From the NCBI RefSeq assembly GCF_011386835.1, contig NC_088806.1:1054001-1118000 (forward strand): a DNA stretch of 64,000 nucleotides, given 5' to 3'. A program made the translations under genes and the position numbers. Positions 63,355 to 64,000 of this stretch are shown here, piece by piece (positions within the stretch are counted from its first letter, which is position 1; every line of letters starts with the position of its first letter). This stretch comes from Chrysemys picta bellii (lineage: Eukaryota). Below the pieces are notes generated by a model. That model saw nothing but the letters and a program-made list of their open reading frames with translations. It was not told where the DNA came from and searched no databases.

Positions 63355-64000
63355 GTCTCTGCCGAGACTCATCAAGCCCTCGGATCGCTACCCCTTCCTG
63401 CTTCTCCACGTGGGCACCAATGATACTGCCAAGAATGACCTTGAGCGGATCACTGCAGACTACGTGGCTCTGGGAAGAAGGATAAAGGAGTTTGAGGCGC
63501 AAGTGGTGTTCTCGTCCATCCTCCCTGTGCAAGGAAAAGGCCGGGGTAGAGACCACTGAATCGTGGAAGTCAACGAATGGCTACGCAGGTGGTGTCGGAG
63601 AGAAGGCTTTGGATTCTTCGACCATGGGATGGTGTTCCAAGAAGGAGGAGTGCTAGGCAGAGACGGGCTCCACCTAACGAAGAGAGGGAAGAGCATCTTC
63701 GCCAGCAGGCTGGCTAACCTACTGAGGAGGGCTTTAAACTAGGTTCACCGGGGGAAGGAGACCAAAGCCCTGAGGTAAGTGGGGAAATGGGATCCTGGGA
63801 GGAAGCACAAGCAGGAGAGCGCAAGAGGGGAGGACTCCTGTCTCATGCTGAGAAAGAGGGACGATCGATGAGTTATCTTAAGTGCCTATACACAAATGCA
63901 AGAAGCCTGGGAAACAAGCAGGGAGAACTGGAAGTCCTGGCACAGTCAGGGAACTATGATGTGATTGGAATAACAGAGACTTGGTGGGATAACTCACATG
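63355..64000 (+). mobile_element. CR1 LINE: 3' part of ORF1 (SGNH esterase domain) and start of ORF2 (APE endonuclease); extends past the window
   Basis: SLPRLIKPSDRYPFLLLHVGTNDTAK..VVFSSILPV..*IVEVNEWLRRWC..DGLHLTKRGK..RRALN* (premature TGA 63557-63559, normal stop ~63742), followed by YLKCLYTNARSLGNKQGELEVL..YDVIGITETWWDNSH. Confidence 0.93.

Overview
GC-rich vertebrate genomic DNA, most likely a turtle or other reptile. This is inferred from the CR1 LINEs, solo LTRs, MIR-like cores and dense intronic minisatellites. The window is syntenic with human 17p13.2 and has this gene order: ATG16L-like (-, exons 1-2, running off the left edge) / MED11 (+) / CXCL16 (-) / an intact trypsin-like serine protease (+) absent from this interval in human / ZMYND15 (+) / TM4SF5 (+) / VMO1 (-). 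About 20-23 kb (MED11 intron 1 to ZMYND15 intron 6) occurs twice, either side of a 500-N gap at 25008-25507. The breakpoints look like an unmerged contig/haplotype overlap, although the copies differ by about 2% substitutions in one manually compared LTR. The right-hand contig carries several 1-nt homopolymer frameshifts. Most interesting: (1) VMO1 reads past its usual end into a frame-preserving tandem repeat, giving a His/Asn/Pro tail as assembled or a Thr/Pro/Ser mucin-like tail if one C in a homopolymer is an error; (2) an ATG16L-family gene with an ATG5-interacting motif lies head-to-head with MED11, a candidate extra ohnolog of the arrestin paralogon; (3) a probably GPI-anchored protease has a CRE-like promoter cluster; (4) intronic minisatellites are repeatedly built from copies of the adjacent splice site or start codon; (5) a cluster of about 15 nuclear-receptor DR1 motifs lies just upstream of TM4SF5. 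All exon coordinates were derived by hand from GT/AG sites and remembered homology to human proteins; no database search was run.
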